A DNA stretch of 64,000 nt from positions 32,001 to 96,000 of the IMG/VR virus record IMGVR_UViG_3300017977_000066. The stretch is one strand, 5' to 3'. The stretch is from a virus. Shown here one piece after another: positions 1 through 10,132 of this stretch. The notes under the pieces are model-generated. The model saw only the letters and a program-made list of their open reading frames with translations. It searched no databases and was not told where the DNA came from. Position numbers and translations under genes: made by a program. Every line of letters begins with the position of its first letter. Position 1 is the stretch's first letter.

Positions 1-3000
1 TAAGTTTCTTTTTGTCTGGCATAACGAACTTAGTTTCGTATGCATTCTGAGGTGCTAGTTTATTTAGTCCTTTGTTATCTGTACTATAGCTAAAGTTCCT
101 GAGTTTCTTATCAGTAACCAGGTCTTTAACACCTTTAGATACATCCTCCATCTTCTCTGTTAAGTTATATTTATTATCTAGCTCTTTAGCTTTCTCAGTA
201 ACAGTATCTATACCTGTAGTAAGTTTGTTCTCTATCTTATTTAGTATTTCTTTACCAGTATCGGTATTTTCTTTAAAATCTTTAAGGTAAGTAGATTCAC
301 CCTTGTAGTCTATATTTTTAATCCTATTAAAGTATTCATCTTTATAATCTTCTATATTACCTACTGCGAAGTCTATTTTACCATGTTTCTTAACCATATC
401 TATATATGCATTAGCATTATCAGGTTCCTCTATGGCAGCCCTTTCCATCATAGTCATAAATGTCTGTGGGTCTCTATTAAAGAACATACTGGCACCATTA
501 GCGGCTAATACTTCTTTAAATTTAGGATCACTATAGTTATCATTATAGATTTTAAATACCTTAGGAGCAACTCTACTATTTATTTCTTGTTCTTCTTTAA
601 AATAGCCATTCGCTAGTCCTTTTTCCGAGTCTAACATAGATGGGGGTGGGTTTAAAGGTATACCTCTTTTAAGGTGTGCAGCTTCATGTCTGATGGTCTG
701 GTCATCCATGGTGTTTTTAGCTATGCCATTTTTAGCTACTTTTCTGAACATATCTGTCCTCAGCATGACAGGATTTACCCCTTCTTCATTACCCTGTAAT
801 AAAGCAGCTGCTCCCATAGTTTTTGGCATGGCACTAGCTTCATAAAATCTCACTGGTAGACCATCTACTATTTTATCTACATAGTTGTCTTCTTTACCGC
901 CAAGCCCTCCTATTAGTTGGGCTATAGGGGTCTTACCACCTGCAGATATTTTTACATTAGATAAAAGGTTTTCTAATTTCTTTAAAACATCAGTTCTGAT
1001 GGTATTAGAATCTTTATCTTCTTTGTTTTTCTTATCCGCGATTTTAGTTTTTATTATGGGTCCAGTACTCTCACTAGCTAAAGCAACAGGATCTTCTGGA
1101 AGTAACGTTGAAGTAGATGTCCTAGGTTTTAAGTTAGCTAATCCGGCAACTATACCTCGTTTCGCACTAGTTTTCTTTTGTCTTACTTGACCTTTTTTCC
1201 TATTAGCACTGGTAACTCTCTTCCTAGGTTTAGACTGTTCAGGTTTTTCTTCGGCTTCTTCTACTTTCTTATTAAATTTCTCTTCGATATGCTTTAAAGC
1301 AACATTTTTATTAGTCTTAAGAACAGTCGTACCATTAGTTCTAGATAGATCACCTTTATCAAAGACACCAGAGTCTTCTAGCATACTAGGCCCACCAGCT
1401 AGTGATGATTCTTGTATGATGTCTCCGTAGCTAGCTAACTCTCTATCTTCTATACTATTAACTACCCTAAAGAACTCATTTATCTTATCTATATTTTCAG
1501 CACTATTATTTTTATTTAATTTATTAAGATGCTTCTCTATCTTCTCTTTAAGCTCTTTATCTTGTATGGTTTTTAAGAAGCCATTCTTAACTAAATAAGC
1601 TGGTACTAAAGACTTACCTGTTCCTATATAAGCTAATAGGGCCTGCATGATAACAGATTTAACTTCAGGCTTAGGATTCTTCTTACCTATGATGATCTCA
1701 AAGATGATATCGTTATCTAAAGCATCTGCTAATCGTTTACCTTTCTCTTCTACTTTCTTTTTAAACTCTTTTTTAAGTTTAGTTTCACTAGTAAAAGTAT
1801 TCTTCCTAAAATCAAAGACTTGCTTATCTTCACCACTTACAGTCTTAGAGCCTTTTCTTATAGTAGATAGTTCTCCAAGCATCTTGCTTAGTAGACCTGG
1901 TATGATTACTTCTACAGTCTTAACGAATTTATTATCTATAAAAGCTGCTTCATTAAGCTCTGAGGTCTTAGATACATCTATAGTATTTTTAGACTTATCA
2001 TTCTCTAATAAGTCATAAGCTACTTTTAAAGATTTTAGTTTAACTTTATCTACCCTAGTTGTATCTTTATCATCTTTAGCTTCTATCTCATCTATCTCAC
2101 GTTTGATAGCTTCTCTAGGATCTAATGTTAAGTTATTAAGCTCTCCTAATCTCTTACCAGATTCTCCTTTACCAGCAATACCGCTTACTATCTTATCAGA
2201 AGCTTTCTTAGTTATAGATTCTATAAGACCATCTACACCTATACTCATAAGCATAGCATTTCTAGAAGTACCGAACTCCTCGCCCATAGCCAGCATGTTG
2301 TCCATATCTTCCATACCAGCCATACTAGATACGAATGAAGATACTTTATCATTAACAAGGCGATTCATGTTTTTAGTTACTTTATCGAAAGTACTAGTAG
2401 ACTTTATGAGATTACCAACACCATCAGCAGCTTTCTTCATCATCTGTTGTTTTACGAAATCTGAAGACCTAGTCTTAACAAAATCAGGTAAGCCAGTATT
2501 CTTAACGATAGCTTCCATCTGAGTAGTTCTTATCTCACTATCTCTATGTAATAGATTATAAAGTTTTACTAGTGTGTAAGTCTGCTTCATTTGGAGTTCT
2601 AGATTTTTCTTGTAATAAGTATTATCAAGATCCATTTTTAACTCTACTTGTTTCTGAGAGTTACTAGCTATGATACCTAATATTTCATTACTTTCTTTAG
2701 CAGCTATTTCAGTAGCTTGTGCAGCTACATTTTGTTGTGCAGCTATCTTATCACCAGCTATGCCTAATAGCCCCGATACTTCAGAGTGTATCTTCTCGTC
2801 CTCAGTAGGTTCTCTTTCACTACCACTAGATTCATTCTCTTCGCTTAACCAATCTCTAACACTGTTGATACCACCAGTCATGCTGTCTGGTAAATAGTTA
2901 GATAAAACCCCTAATCCTGCAGAAGCAGCTTTTTTAACACTACCTACTTTTTCAGAAGCATTGTCTAGGATATTATCTACAGCATATTCAGCATCACCTA

Positions 3001-3220
3001 GCCTATCACCTATATCCCCTGGTAAAGCATTGAACATACTTTTCTTAAAAGATTTAGCTATATTTTCACTAGTTACAGCATCATCGAGAGCAGCTTTAAC
3101 ATCGCCAACAACACCAGTACTGGGTTTACCATCGTTAGCCATGGGATCTTCCATACCGATGTCTCCACCCCCTTCTAACATCTTGTCTATGTCATCCATA
3201 TCATCGAACTCATCGGCCAT
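1..3220 (-). CDS. Giant tail protein, phiKZ gp181-like (N-terminal part; runs off window)
   Basis: Not in ORF track. ATG at 3220 after AAGGAG RBS. Parts translated by hand: MADEFDDMDD...MEAIVKNTGLPDFVK..., a motif I associate with gp181-like proteins. Divergent from the gp180-like RNAP gene, and adjacent to it as in phiKZ. Internal HEAAH at 674-688. Confidence 0.75.
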   Translation of the reverse strand, partial: MADEFDDMDDIDKMLEGGGDIGMEDPMANDGKPSTGVVGDVKAALDDAVTSENIAKSFKKSMFNALPGDIGDRLGDAEYAVDNILDNASEKVGSVKKAASAGLGVLSNYLPDSMTGGINSVRDWLSEENESSGSEREPTEDEKIHSEVSGLLGIAGDKIAAQQNVAAQATEIAAKESNEILGIIASNSQKQVELKMDLDNTYYKKNLELQMKQTYTLVKLYNLLHRDSEIRTTQMEAIVKNTGLPDFVKTRSSDFVKQQMMKKAADGVGNLIKSTSTFDKVTKNMNRLVNDKVSSFVSSMAGMEDMDNMLAMGEEFGTSRNAMLMSIGVDGLIESITKKASDKIVSGIAGKGESGKRLGELNNLTLDPREAIKREIDEIEAKDDKDTTRVDKVKLKSLKVAYDLLENDKSKNTIDVSKTSELNEAAFIDNKFVKTVEVIIPGLLSKMLGELSTIRKGSKTVSGEDKQVFDFRKNTFTSETKLKKEFKKKVEEKGKRLADALDNDIIFEIIIGKKNPKPEVKSVIMQALLAYIGTGKSLVPAYLVKNGFLKTIQDKELKEKIEKHLNKLNKNNSAENIDKINEFFRVVNSIEDRELASYGDIIQESSLAGGPSMLEDSGVFDKGDLSRTNGTTVLKTNKNVALKHIEEKFNKKVEEAEEKPEQSKPRKRVTSANRKKGQVRQKKTSAKRGIVAGLANLKPRTSTSTLLPEDPVALASESTGPIIKTKIADKKNKEDKDSNTIRTDVLKKLENLLSNVKISAGGKTPIAQLIGGLGGKEDNYVDKIVDGLPVRFYEASAMPKTMGAAALLQGNEEGVNPVMLRTDMFRKVAKNGIAKNTMDDQTIRHEAAHLKRGIPLNPPPSMLDSEKGLANGYFKEEQEINSRVAPKVFKIYNDNYSDPKFKEVLAANGASMFFNRDPQTFMTMMERAAIEEPDNANAYIDMVKKHGKIDFAVGNIEDYKDEYFNRIKNIDYKGESTYLKDFKENTDTGKEILNKIENKLTTGIDTVTEKAKELDNKYNLTEKMEDVSKGVKDLVTDKKLRNFSYSTDNKGLNKLAPQNAYETKFVMPDKKKL

Positions 3221-3300
3221 AGCATACTCCTTGTTTTTATATACGAACAATAAATCGTTCAACCCATCTTTTACTTGAAATCAAGCATGAGGAACACATA

Positions 3301-4911
3301 ATGAATAAACCTATAGACCCATTAGACATATCACTTCTAGTTATAACAAATAAGATCCTATCAGCTTTATCAGAGATAAGTAGTGCTGATATATATGAGA
3401 TAAATACTACAGAGTTCAAGAAAGACGGTCTTTTTTCTAATGATATATTCGGCATGCCTGGGAGTAAAGAGCGTATTAAGAACTTTGCTTATATAGATCT
3501 TTATGTAAAAGTATTGCACCCTAGGATATATAAAGAGCTTGTTAAACTATCTAGTTTCTATGGTAAGATACTGCAAGGTAAAGCTTATGCAGTTTTCGAT
3601 GAAAAAGAGAAAGATTTTGTATTATCTACAGAAGCTGAAGGTAAAACAGGTTTTAATTTCTTTATTAGACATCTTCCAGATATTAAGTTTAAACAAACAA
3701 ACTCTGAATCTAGGAAATTTAAGATAGAGTTCATCAAGAAGTATCCTATTAATGAGATACTCATAGATAAATACTTAGTACTACCAGCTGGATTAAGAGA
3801 CTACTCTATAACTGAATCTGGTAAACCTCTAGAGCATGAAATAAATGCCTTATACAGGACTGTACTAAGAGTAGCCACATCTGCTAAACAGTTCAGAGAT
3901 GATACTTCTAGTAACGATTATATTAACTCTGTTAGACTAAGAGTTCAGAAAGCTATCAATGAGGTCTATGAGTACATAGAAGAGCTACTTAATGGTAAAG
4001 GTGGTTATATACAAGATAAGTGGACTAAACGTACTGTTACATATGGTACTAGGAATGTTATCACCGCTAGCCCTAAAGTAGTCACGGATCTTAAAGATAA
4101 GAATAAGCCTAGAGCTACTAATATAGAAGTTGGTGTATTGCAGACCGCTAAAGGCATATTGCCAGCAACTATATTCTTATTAAGAACTAACTTCCTATTC
4201 GATATCTTCGATCCTGAGTCTACTAAAGCTAGGTTAATAAATCCTAAGACTCTTAAGAGAGAACTAGTAGATATAAGTGAGAAAGCTAGAAGTAGTTGGG
4301 TTAGCGATGATGGGTTAGAGAATACTATCACTAAGCTTAAGCAACCAGAGATAGCACTTAGTGAGATAAAAATAGATAACAAATATCTATTACTTATAGA
4401 AGAGAAAGGTGATGCTATAAGAGTCATAGATGATATATATAAATACCCTGGTATAGATAAAGATAACTTAAGACCTATAACATATATAGAGTTAGTATAC
4501 CTAGCATTGTTTAACCATATGAAAGAACATCCTGCTTATGTAACTCGTTATCCTATCACAGGGTTAGGTTCTATTAATATCGTAGAGCCTTATCTAAAGT
4601 CTACCATAGATAGTACTCGTAAAGAAGTATATCTAAGAGGAGCTTCTGAACCTATAATAGCTGAAGAGTATCCAGACTTAACATCTCAGGTATATACTGG
4701 GTTAGGGTTAGGAACTATATTTCTAGCACCTATGGGAGCTGACTTCGATGGCGATAAGGTTTCATTAAGTTTTCTTTTAGAGAAAGAATCTGTAGATGAA
4801 CTACAAGATTATATTAATACTAAGAAATACTTTTTAAGTCCTGAAGGAGAATTGATATTCAGTGTTAGTACTAATGTTAATGAAATAGTTATGAAAGATT
4901 TCACAGAGTAA
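3301..4911 (+). CDS. Virion RNA polymerase beta' subunit, catalytic part (phiKZ gp180-like)
   Basis: GLFSNDIFG, TRYP and GADFDGD catalytic motif. Confidence 0.92.
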   Translation: MNKPIDPLDISLLVITNKILSALSEISSADIYEINTTEFKKDGLFSNDIFGMPGSKERIKNFAYIDLYVKVLHPRIYKELVKLSSFYGKILQGKAYAVFDEKEKDFVLSTEAEGKTGFNFFIRHLPDIKFKQTNSESRKFKIEFIKKYPINEILIDKYLVLPAGLRDYSITESGKPLEHEINALYRTVLRVATSAKQFRDDTSSNDYINSVRLRVQKAINEVYEYIEELLNGKGGYIQDKWTKRTVTYGTRNVITASPKVVTDLKDKNKPRATNIEVGVLQTAKGILPATIFLLRTNFLFDIFDPESTKARLINPKTLKRELVDISEKARSSWVSDDGLENTITKLKQPEIALSEIKIDNKYLLLIEEKGDAIRVIDDIYKYPGIDKDNLRPITYIELVYLALFNHMKEHPAYVTRYPITGLGSINIVEPYLKSTIDSTRKEVYLRGASEPIIAEEYPDLTSQVYTGLGLGTIFLAPMGADFDGDKVSLSFLLEKESVDELQDYINTKKYFLSPEGELIFSVSTNVNEIVMKDFTE

Positions 4912-4958
4912 CATGAGTTCGGTATATCCGAGCTTGTGTCTCCATATTTTTTCAGTCA

Positions 4959-4985
4959 TATATTACTTACATGAACTTAGAACTT
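4959..4985 (+). promoter_or_regulatory. Early promoter TATATTAC
   Basis: phiKZ early consensus plus TTACATG. Confidence 0.75.
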
Positions 4986-5010
4986 AAATATTAAATAAAA
5001 GGAGTCAGTT

Positions 5011-5136
5011 ATGACTAAATTACAATTCAAAGTTTTTACTACGTACCTACGTGGTAACGGATACGATTTAAGTAAAATGAGTGTGGGGCAGTATGGTGTC
5101 CTATATAACAGTTACAGAAAAACAAGGAGGATATAA
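5011..5136 (+). CDS. Small early protein (41 aa, MTKLQFKVFTTYLRGNGYDL...)
   Basis: AAAGGAG RBS, follows TATATTAC promoter, TAATG overlap with next ORF. Confidence 0.7.
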   Translation: MTKLQFKVFTTYLRGNGYDLSKMSVGQYGVLYNSYRKTRRI

Positions 5137-5441
5137 TGTTAAGTGTTGGAATAAGGGAGTTAGACATACATAATGTCGGTATGCCTGCAATTACAGACGA
5201 CACACTTTTAGTAGGCTTAACTGAAGCCACTATTCGTAGTCACTTAGAAAGAATAGAGGCTGACTGTATAATGGAGTCTAGACTAGACATAGAGAACCAC
5301 GTTAATTTCGAAGTTTTTGAAGAAGCATTTAAAAGTGCCCCTTCATTAGGTGCGACTAAAGAAGAGTGGGATGAGTATGTGGCTTATCCTACATTAAAAA
5401 ACTTTAGACGGATTAGGAAACTATATTGGATAGGGTTTTAA
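5136..5441 (+). CDS. Hypothetical early protein
   Basis: AAGGAGG RBS, followed by hairpin plus T-tract. Confidence 0.75.
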   Translation: MLSVGIRELDIHNVGMPAITDDTLLVGLTEATIRSHLERIEADCIMESRLDIENHVNFEVFEEAFKSAPSLGATKEEWDEYVAYPTLKNFRRIRKLYWIGF

Positions 5442-5505
5442 TCCCTATTCTTTTTTTATTTGCCCACATCTTTTTTTCTTTGAAAATACCCATAAGGAAT
5501 ACGAT

Positions 5506-8500
5506 ATGTCATTAACACAAGAAAAGTTTTACTATAAATTTGGAATAAGAAAACCTATACAGTTGTTAGAGCCACAAGTTTTAAGTTTAGATACTATACT
5601 ACTACCTATGTATAGTGTCATACATATGCTTAATGTGGATGATGGCTATTACCCATCTAGGAAACAGCCCATCTTAAAAAATGTGTCTGATGCTATCATA
5701 TATAACAGACTTAACTATGAGCCAGTACTTCATAAAGCTACTGAGCTAGCTATGAAAGAGAGAAATCTTGTTAGTGGCATTAATAAGTCACATCTTGATT
5801 TCACTACCTACACTAGATCTAGATTTAACCATATCCTGTCTACTAAGAGAGCCAAGTTAAAAAATACAGTTCCTTTATTCACTTATAAATACATACATAA
5901 ATATTATAGATATCCAGAGTCTCTATTATCTAAGATTTATAAATTTGAAAATAAATACTCTACCATAGTTAACGATATTATTAACATGGAGAATACATTT
6001 AAAGCCATGGAAATAAAAGACGATAGCTTCAAGCAGTACCTTATAGTAGAGACTCCTAAGATACTATATGACTATAATATCATAACCAGATATCTAGATA
6101 AGGATAAGGATGCTGCTTACTTAAAGCTTTTCCATAACGAAACTTATATGCTTATGTTAGAGCTCTTTAAGCTACTAAATAGTGAGACTTCTGAAGATTC
6201 AATATTATCAGGATTAGCTAAACTCTCACATGTAGATATCATGTTTAAACAAGGTTCAGCTGGTGTTATAGTTAACCTTAAAACTCTACTAAGCTTTAAT
6301 AAAGATATGGGTGAGACTGGTATGTTCACTAATAGTACACTATGTAGGAGTATCATCAAGCTCTTTAATATACTACAGACTTCAGTTGGTATGCTAGAAG
6401 AGGAAGTAGTGCCTCTTAGTAAAGAAGAACTACTTAAGAACTTTAAGAACCCAGATGAAATAGTTGATACTACTGATGTTATCTCCGATGTTAATGTAGC
6501 TATGAAGATAGCTGAAACTGATAACATGCCTATAGAGGATACGGTATTAGTAGAGAGCTTAGAATTTAAAAATAAATATGATAAACAAGCAACGCTAGAA
6601 GATATCTCTGAAGCTAAGTCTATAGAAGATGTTGCATTAGCTAACCTTAACGAGCTTAATGAGAATAATAAGCTAGATAAGAAGAAACTTGAGAAGCTTT
6701 CTTCTATAGTAAAAGATACTCTTAATAAACCGTCTCCTTTTAAAGATGGTACTAAGATAAAAGATAACCTTACTGTAGATAAAGCTGATATAGATATAAC
6801 AGAACAAGAGACTAGATTACCAGATGTAAATGTTGTCTTTAATAAAGAGGAGCTTCATGATCCTATAACTATTAAGACTAAGAAGTATATGAAGGAAGCT
6901 TTTAAGAAAGATATGGTATCTAGCATCATGGGCATACAAGGTACAGGCATGATAGTAGAAGATATAGAGATCATACCGCATGATGATACCCTAGGTGACT
7001 ATGATGAATATGCTATAAAAGTAAATGACTTAGGTAAGACAGCAGGTAGTACTGTTAAACTTATGATACCTAGAGTTAATGATAAGGGCGTATTCACTAT
7101 CTCTAATAATGAGTATTTACTAAGGAATCAAAAAGCTGATGCTATCTTAAAGAAGATCAAGTTCAACCGTGTATCATTAAGTACAGCTTATGGTAAACTC
7201 TTTGTAGATAAGGCTCCGTTTAAAAAACTAGATAGAGGGTATAGTCTTAGGAAAGAACTGTTAAAGTTAAATGAAGATGAAATCATCTCTAATCTATCAG
7301 CTGGTTCTATAAGTGTATATGGAGAAGAGTTACCTAAAGATTATACTTTATTTGGTAGATATGTAAAAGCTTTTAAACATAAGAGTTACTACTTTAACTT
7401 TAACTTCGATAAGAGGAAAGAGCTTATAACTACTAAAGATCTTAAACTAGAGACTATAGAGCATAATAAGAAATACATATTATGCGGGCATGCTTCTAAA
7501 GATCTGTTAGTTATGGATGAGGATAATATAATCTATAGCTATAATGGTAAGTATACTAAGCTAGGTACCATATTTGATTTAGTTCCTATAAACACAACTT
7601 CTCTTAAGAAAGAGTATAGCATGGTTAAGATATTTAAAAGCTATGTTCCAGTAGCTTATCTTTTAACTTACTATATGGGACTTAAGAATGTGCTTAAAAC
7701 TCTTAAAATAAAGTATGAAGTATTAGATGGTAATAAGAGAGTAGAAGTAGATGATAAGACTATAGTAGTTAAATTAGATGGTTCTACTTTAATTTTATAT
7801 CCTAATAACGAAACTGACTCTATGATACTTAATGGATTTAATAATGATATTAAGATCATGAAGCAGATGACTTTCGATATGCTTAACCATAAAGACCAAG
7901 CTATGTTCATCTTTAAAGAGATGAAACTTAATCTCGTATCGGTAACAGAGATAAAAGCCTTAGAGACTCTCTTCATAGATCCTGTATCTAGATCTACATT
8001 AGAGCTTACTGATGAACCTACTACTTTTGTTGGTCTGTTAGTTAGGGCTGCTGAGATGTTAGTGGATGATAACTATAAACATCCTAATAGCTTCAAAGGG
8101 TTTGTTATTAAAGGCTATGATAGGATACCTCAGTTAGTTTATAAAACATTAGTATCAGCAGTTAAGAAGAAGATAAGTGGTGATAGTTTTGGTAGGGGTA
8201 AGATGGTAGTAGATCCATATGATGTATGGAGGAGTCTTAATGAAGATAGCTCTGGAGTATTAGTAGATGACTTAAACCCTATAGCGGATCTAAAACAGAG
8301 TGAAGATACTACACTATTAGGTGCTGGTGGTAGAAGTAAAGAATCTTTAGTTGGTAAAGATAGAGCCATGCATGAAGATGATGTTGGTATCATGAGTGAA
8401 TCTTCTAAAGATAGTAGTGATGTAGGTATAACAGCTTATCTTTCTGCTAACCCTAAATTTGCTAATGCTAGAGGTACTAAGAATGAAGATGGTAAACTTA

Positions 8501-9651
8501 ACTGGAGTAATGTTTTAAGTACATCAGCTATGCTAGTGCCATTCGCAACTGCAGATGATCCTAAGAGGGTTCTGTATATGAATATACAAAATAGTCATCT
8601 TGTTCCCATAGATAACGCTGAAGTATATCCAGTAAGAACTGGTTATGAAGCTGTAGTTCCTTATAAAGTAGGTTCTAAATATGTAGTAGCTGCTGAAGAT
8701 GATGGAGTTGTAACTAGAGTAACTAAAAACTCTGTAACTATACAATATAAAAAACTAGGTAAGAAGACTTATACTTTTAAAGACTGGACTTCTAAAGAGG
8801 AGTCTAATAGCTCGTTCATGCATAGGATGGCCACTAGTCTTAAAGAGAAAGATAAGTTAGTTAAAGATGATATCGTCTATTATGATATTTCATTCTTCGA
8901 TACAGATATGTTTAATAGAAGAAGAATTGTATATAGGGCTAGTACTAATGCCATGGTAGGCTTAATGGAAACTAGTGAAACTGATGAAGATTCGCTTATG
9001 GTAAGTGAGAAACTTGCTGAAGCTAGTTCTATAACACACGTTAAGATAAGAGACCTTACATTAGATAACACTGAATCTATTAAAGGTGTTCTAGATATGG
9101 GCATTAAAGTTACTCCTACTGATCCTCTATTTATGATAACGACTGGACTTAATGAAGATGGTGTTATGAGTGAAGAGACTCTAGATCTTTTACAAGGATT
9201 CGTTAAGAGTACTCCTAAAGCTAAGTATAAAGGTAAACTCATTAAGCTTAAAGTCTATTATAATTGCGAACCTAAAGAGCTTAGTAGAAGTCTTAAGAAA
9301 CTAGTAGCTACTAGTGAACCTTATATGGAAGGTAAGTCAGGAAGAGTTAGTAGTGGATATAGTATAAACGGTAAACCTCTTGGCGAGGGTAAAGTACATA
9401 TAAAATTCTACATAGAGATCAACTCTGGGTTACATGTAGCAGATAAGGGTATCATATCAGCACAGCTAAAGTCTACCGTAGCTAGTATATATAAAGATCC
9501 TATACTATCTGACGATGGTACTGAAATAGATGCTTTATTTAGTCTTAAAGGTATATATGCTCGTATCGTCAATAGTGCTTATAACATGGGTACTACTGCA
9601 TCCGTACTTAAGAAGATAACTGATAATGCTGTAGATATTTATTTTAAATAG
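5506..9651 (+). CDS. Virion RNA polymerase beta subunit, N-terminal part (phiKZ gp178-like)
   Basis: 1381 aa; beta motifs GAGGRS, SESSKDSSDVG, DDPKR..NIQNSH, EDSLMVS, ADK...QLKS. Confidence 0.92.
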   Translation: MSLTQEKFYYKFGIRKPIQLLEPQVLSLDTILLPMYSVIHMLNVDDGYYPSRKQPILKNVSDAIIYNRLNYEPVLHKATELAMKERNLVSGINKSHLDFTTYTRSRFNHILSTKRAKLKNTVPLFTYKYIHKYYRYPESLLSKIYKFENKYSTIVNDIINMENTFKAMEIKDDSFKQYLIVETPKILYDYNIITRYLDKDKDAAYLKLFHNETYMLMLELFKLLNSETSEDSILSGLAKLSHVDIMFKQGSAGVIVNLKTLLSFNKDMGETGMFTNSTLCRSIIKLFNILQTSVGMLEEEVVPLSKEELLKNFKNPDEIVDTTDVISDVNVAMKIAETDNMPIEDTVLVESLEFKNKYDKQATLEDISEAKSIEDVALANLNELNENNKLDKKKLEKLSSIVKDTLNKPSPFKDGTKIKDNLTVDKADIDITEQETRLPDVNVVFNKEELHDPITIKTKKYMKEAFKKDMVSSIMGIQGTGMIVEDIEIIPHDDTLGDYDEYAIKVNDLGKTAGSTVKLMIPRVNDKGVFTISNNEYLLRNQKADAILKKIKFNRVSLSTAYGKLFVDKAPFKKLDRGYSLRKELLKLNEDEIISNLSAGSISVYGEELPKDYTLFGRYVKAFKHKSYYFNFNFDKRKELITTKDLKLETIEHNKKYILCGHASKDLLVMDEDNIIYSYNGKYTKLGTIFDLVPINTTSLKKEYSMVKIFKSYVPVAYLLTYYMGLKNVLKTLKIKYEVLDGNKRVEVDDKTIVVKLDGSTLILYPNNETDSMILNGFNNDIKIMKQMTFDMLNHKDQAMFIFKEMKLNLVSVTEIKALETLFIDPVSRSTLELTDEPTTFVGLLVRAAEMLVDDNYKHPNSFKGFVIKGYDRIPQLVYKTLVSAVKKKISGDSFGRGKMVVDPYDVWRSLNEDSSGVLVDDLNPIADLKQSEDTTLLGAGGRSKESLVGKDRAMHEDDVGIMSESSKDSSDVGITAYLSANPKFANARGTKNEDGKLNWSNVLSTSAMLVPFATADDPKRVLYMNIQNSHLVPIDNAEVYPVRTGYEAVVPYKVGSKYVVAAEDDGVVTRVTKNSVTIQYKKLGKKTYTFKDWTSKEESNSSFMHRMATSLKEKDKLVKDDIVYYDISFFDTDMFNRRRIVYRASTNAMVGLMETSETDEDSLMVSEKLAEASSITHVKIRDLTLDNTESIKGVLDMGIKVTPTDPLFMITTGLNEDGVMSEETLDLLQGFVKSTPKAKYKGKLIKLKVYYNCEPKELSRSLKKLVATSEPYMEGKSGRVSSGYSINGKPLGEGKVHIKFYIEINSGLHVADKGIISAQLKSTVASIYKDPILSDDGTEIDALFSLKGIYARIVNSAYNMGTTASVLKKITDNAVDIYFK

Positions 9652-9697
9652 AACTTAGAATCTAGACTCAGGCTTAGTTTCTAAATAATCTCACATA

Positions 9698-9712
9698 TAT
9701 ATTACTAATATG
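9698..9712 (+). promoter_or_regulatory. Early promoter TATATTAC
   Basis: TATATTACTAATATG. Confidence 0.75.
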
Positions 9713-9744
9713 CCATAACAGGTAAATAAATATAACAGGAGTTC

Positions 9745-10038
9745 ATGATGAACGAAAAAACACTAGATGCGTTAGCAACAATAGCTAAAGAAATTTTAAG
9801 TATTAACGAGATGCTTAAGAAAGCTAGTATAGATGTGAGTAATATAGGTGACTATGATATCTTAGATGATGTTAATCGGTTAGCAGAGGATGTAGATGTA
9901 GTTAAAACATTGCTAGGCTATTTTAAAGAGGAAGATATCAGACTAGCATTAGCTAATAGCGAGCTCTCTTTCGACGCTATGACTGATATCGATGATGTTT
10001 TAGATCTTCTAAAAACAGAACCGTTTAAAAGCTTATAG
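9745..10038 (+). CDS. Hypothetical early protein
   Basis: AGGAG RBS, upstream TATATTAC. Confidence 0.75.
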   Translation: MMNEKTLDALATIAKEILSINEMLKKASIDVSNIGDYDILDDVNRLAEDVDVVKTLLGYFKEEDIRLALANSELSFDAMTDIDDVLDLLKTEPFKSL

Positions 10039-10132
10039 GGTTATATCCCCTATAGGCATATTTATTTTTTTCTTTATATGCCGTGTATGTGACATATTTT
10101 GAAAATTAAAAAACAAACATAAAGGATAGGTA

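Noticed and set aside
885-3278. Plus-strand ORFs 885-1190, 1647-2018, 2103-2522, 2670-2897, 2961-3278
   Set aside because: Ser/Leu/Ile-rich antisense shadows of the large minus-strand gene starting at 3220
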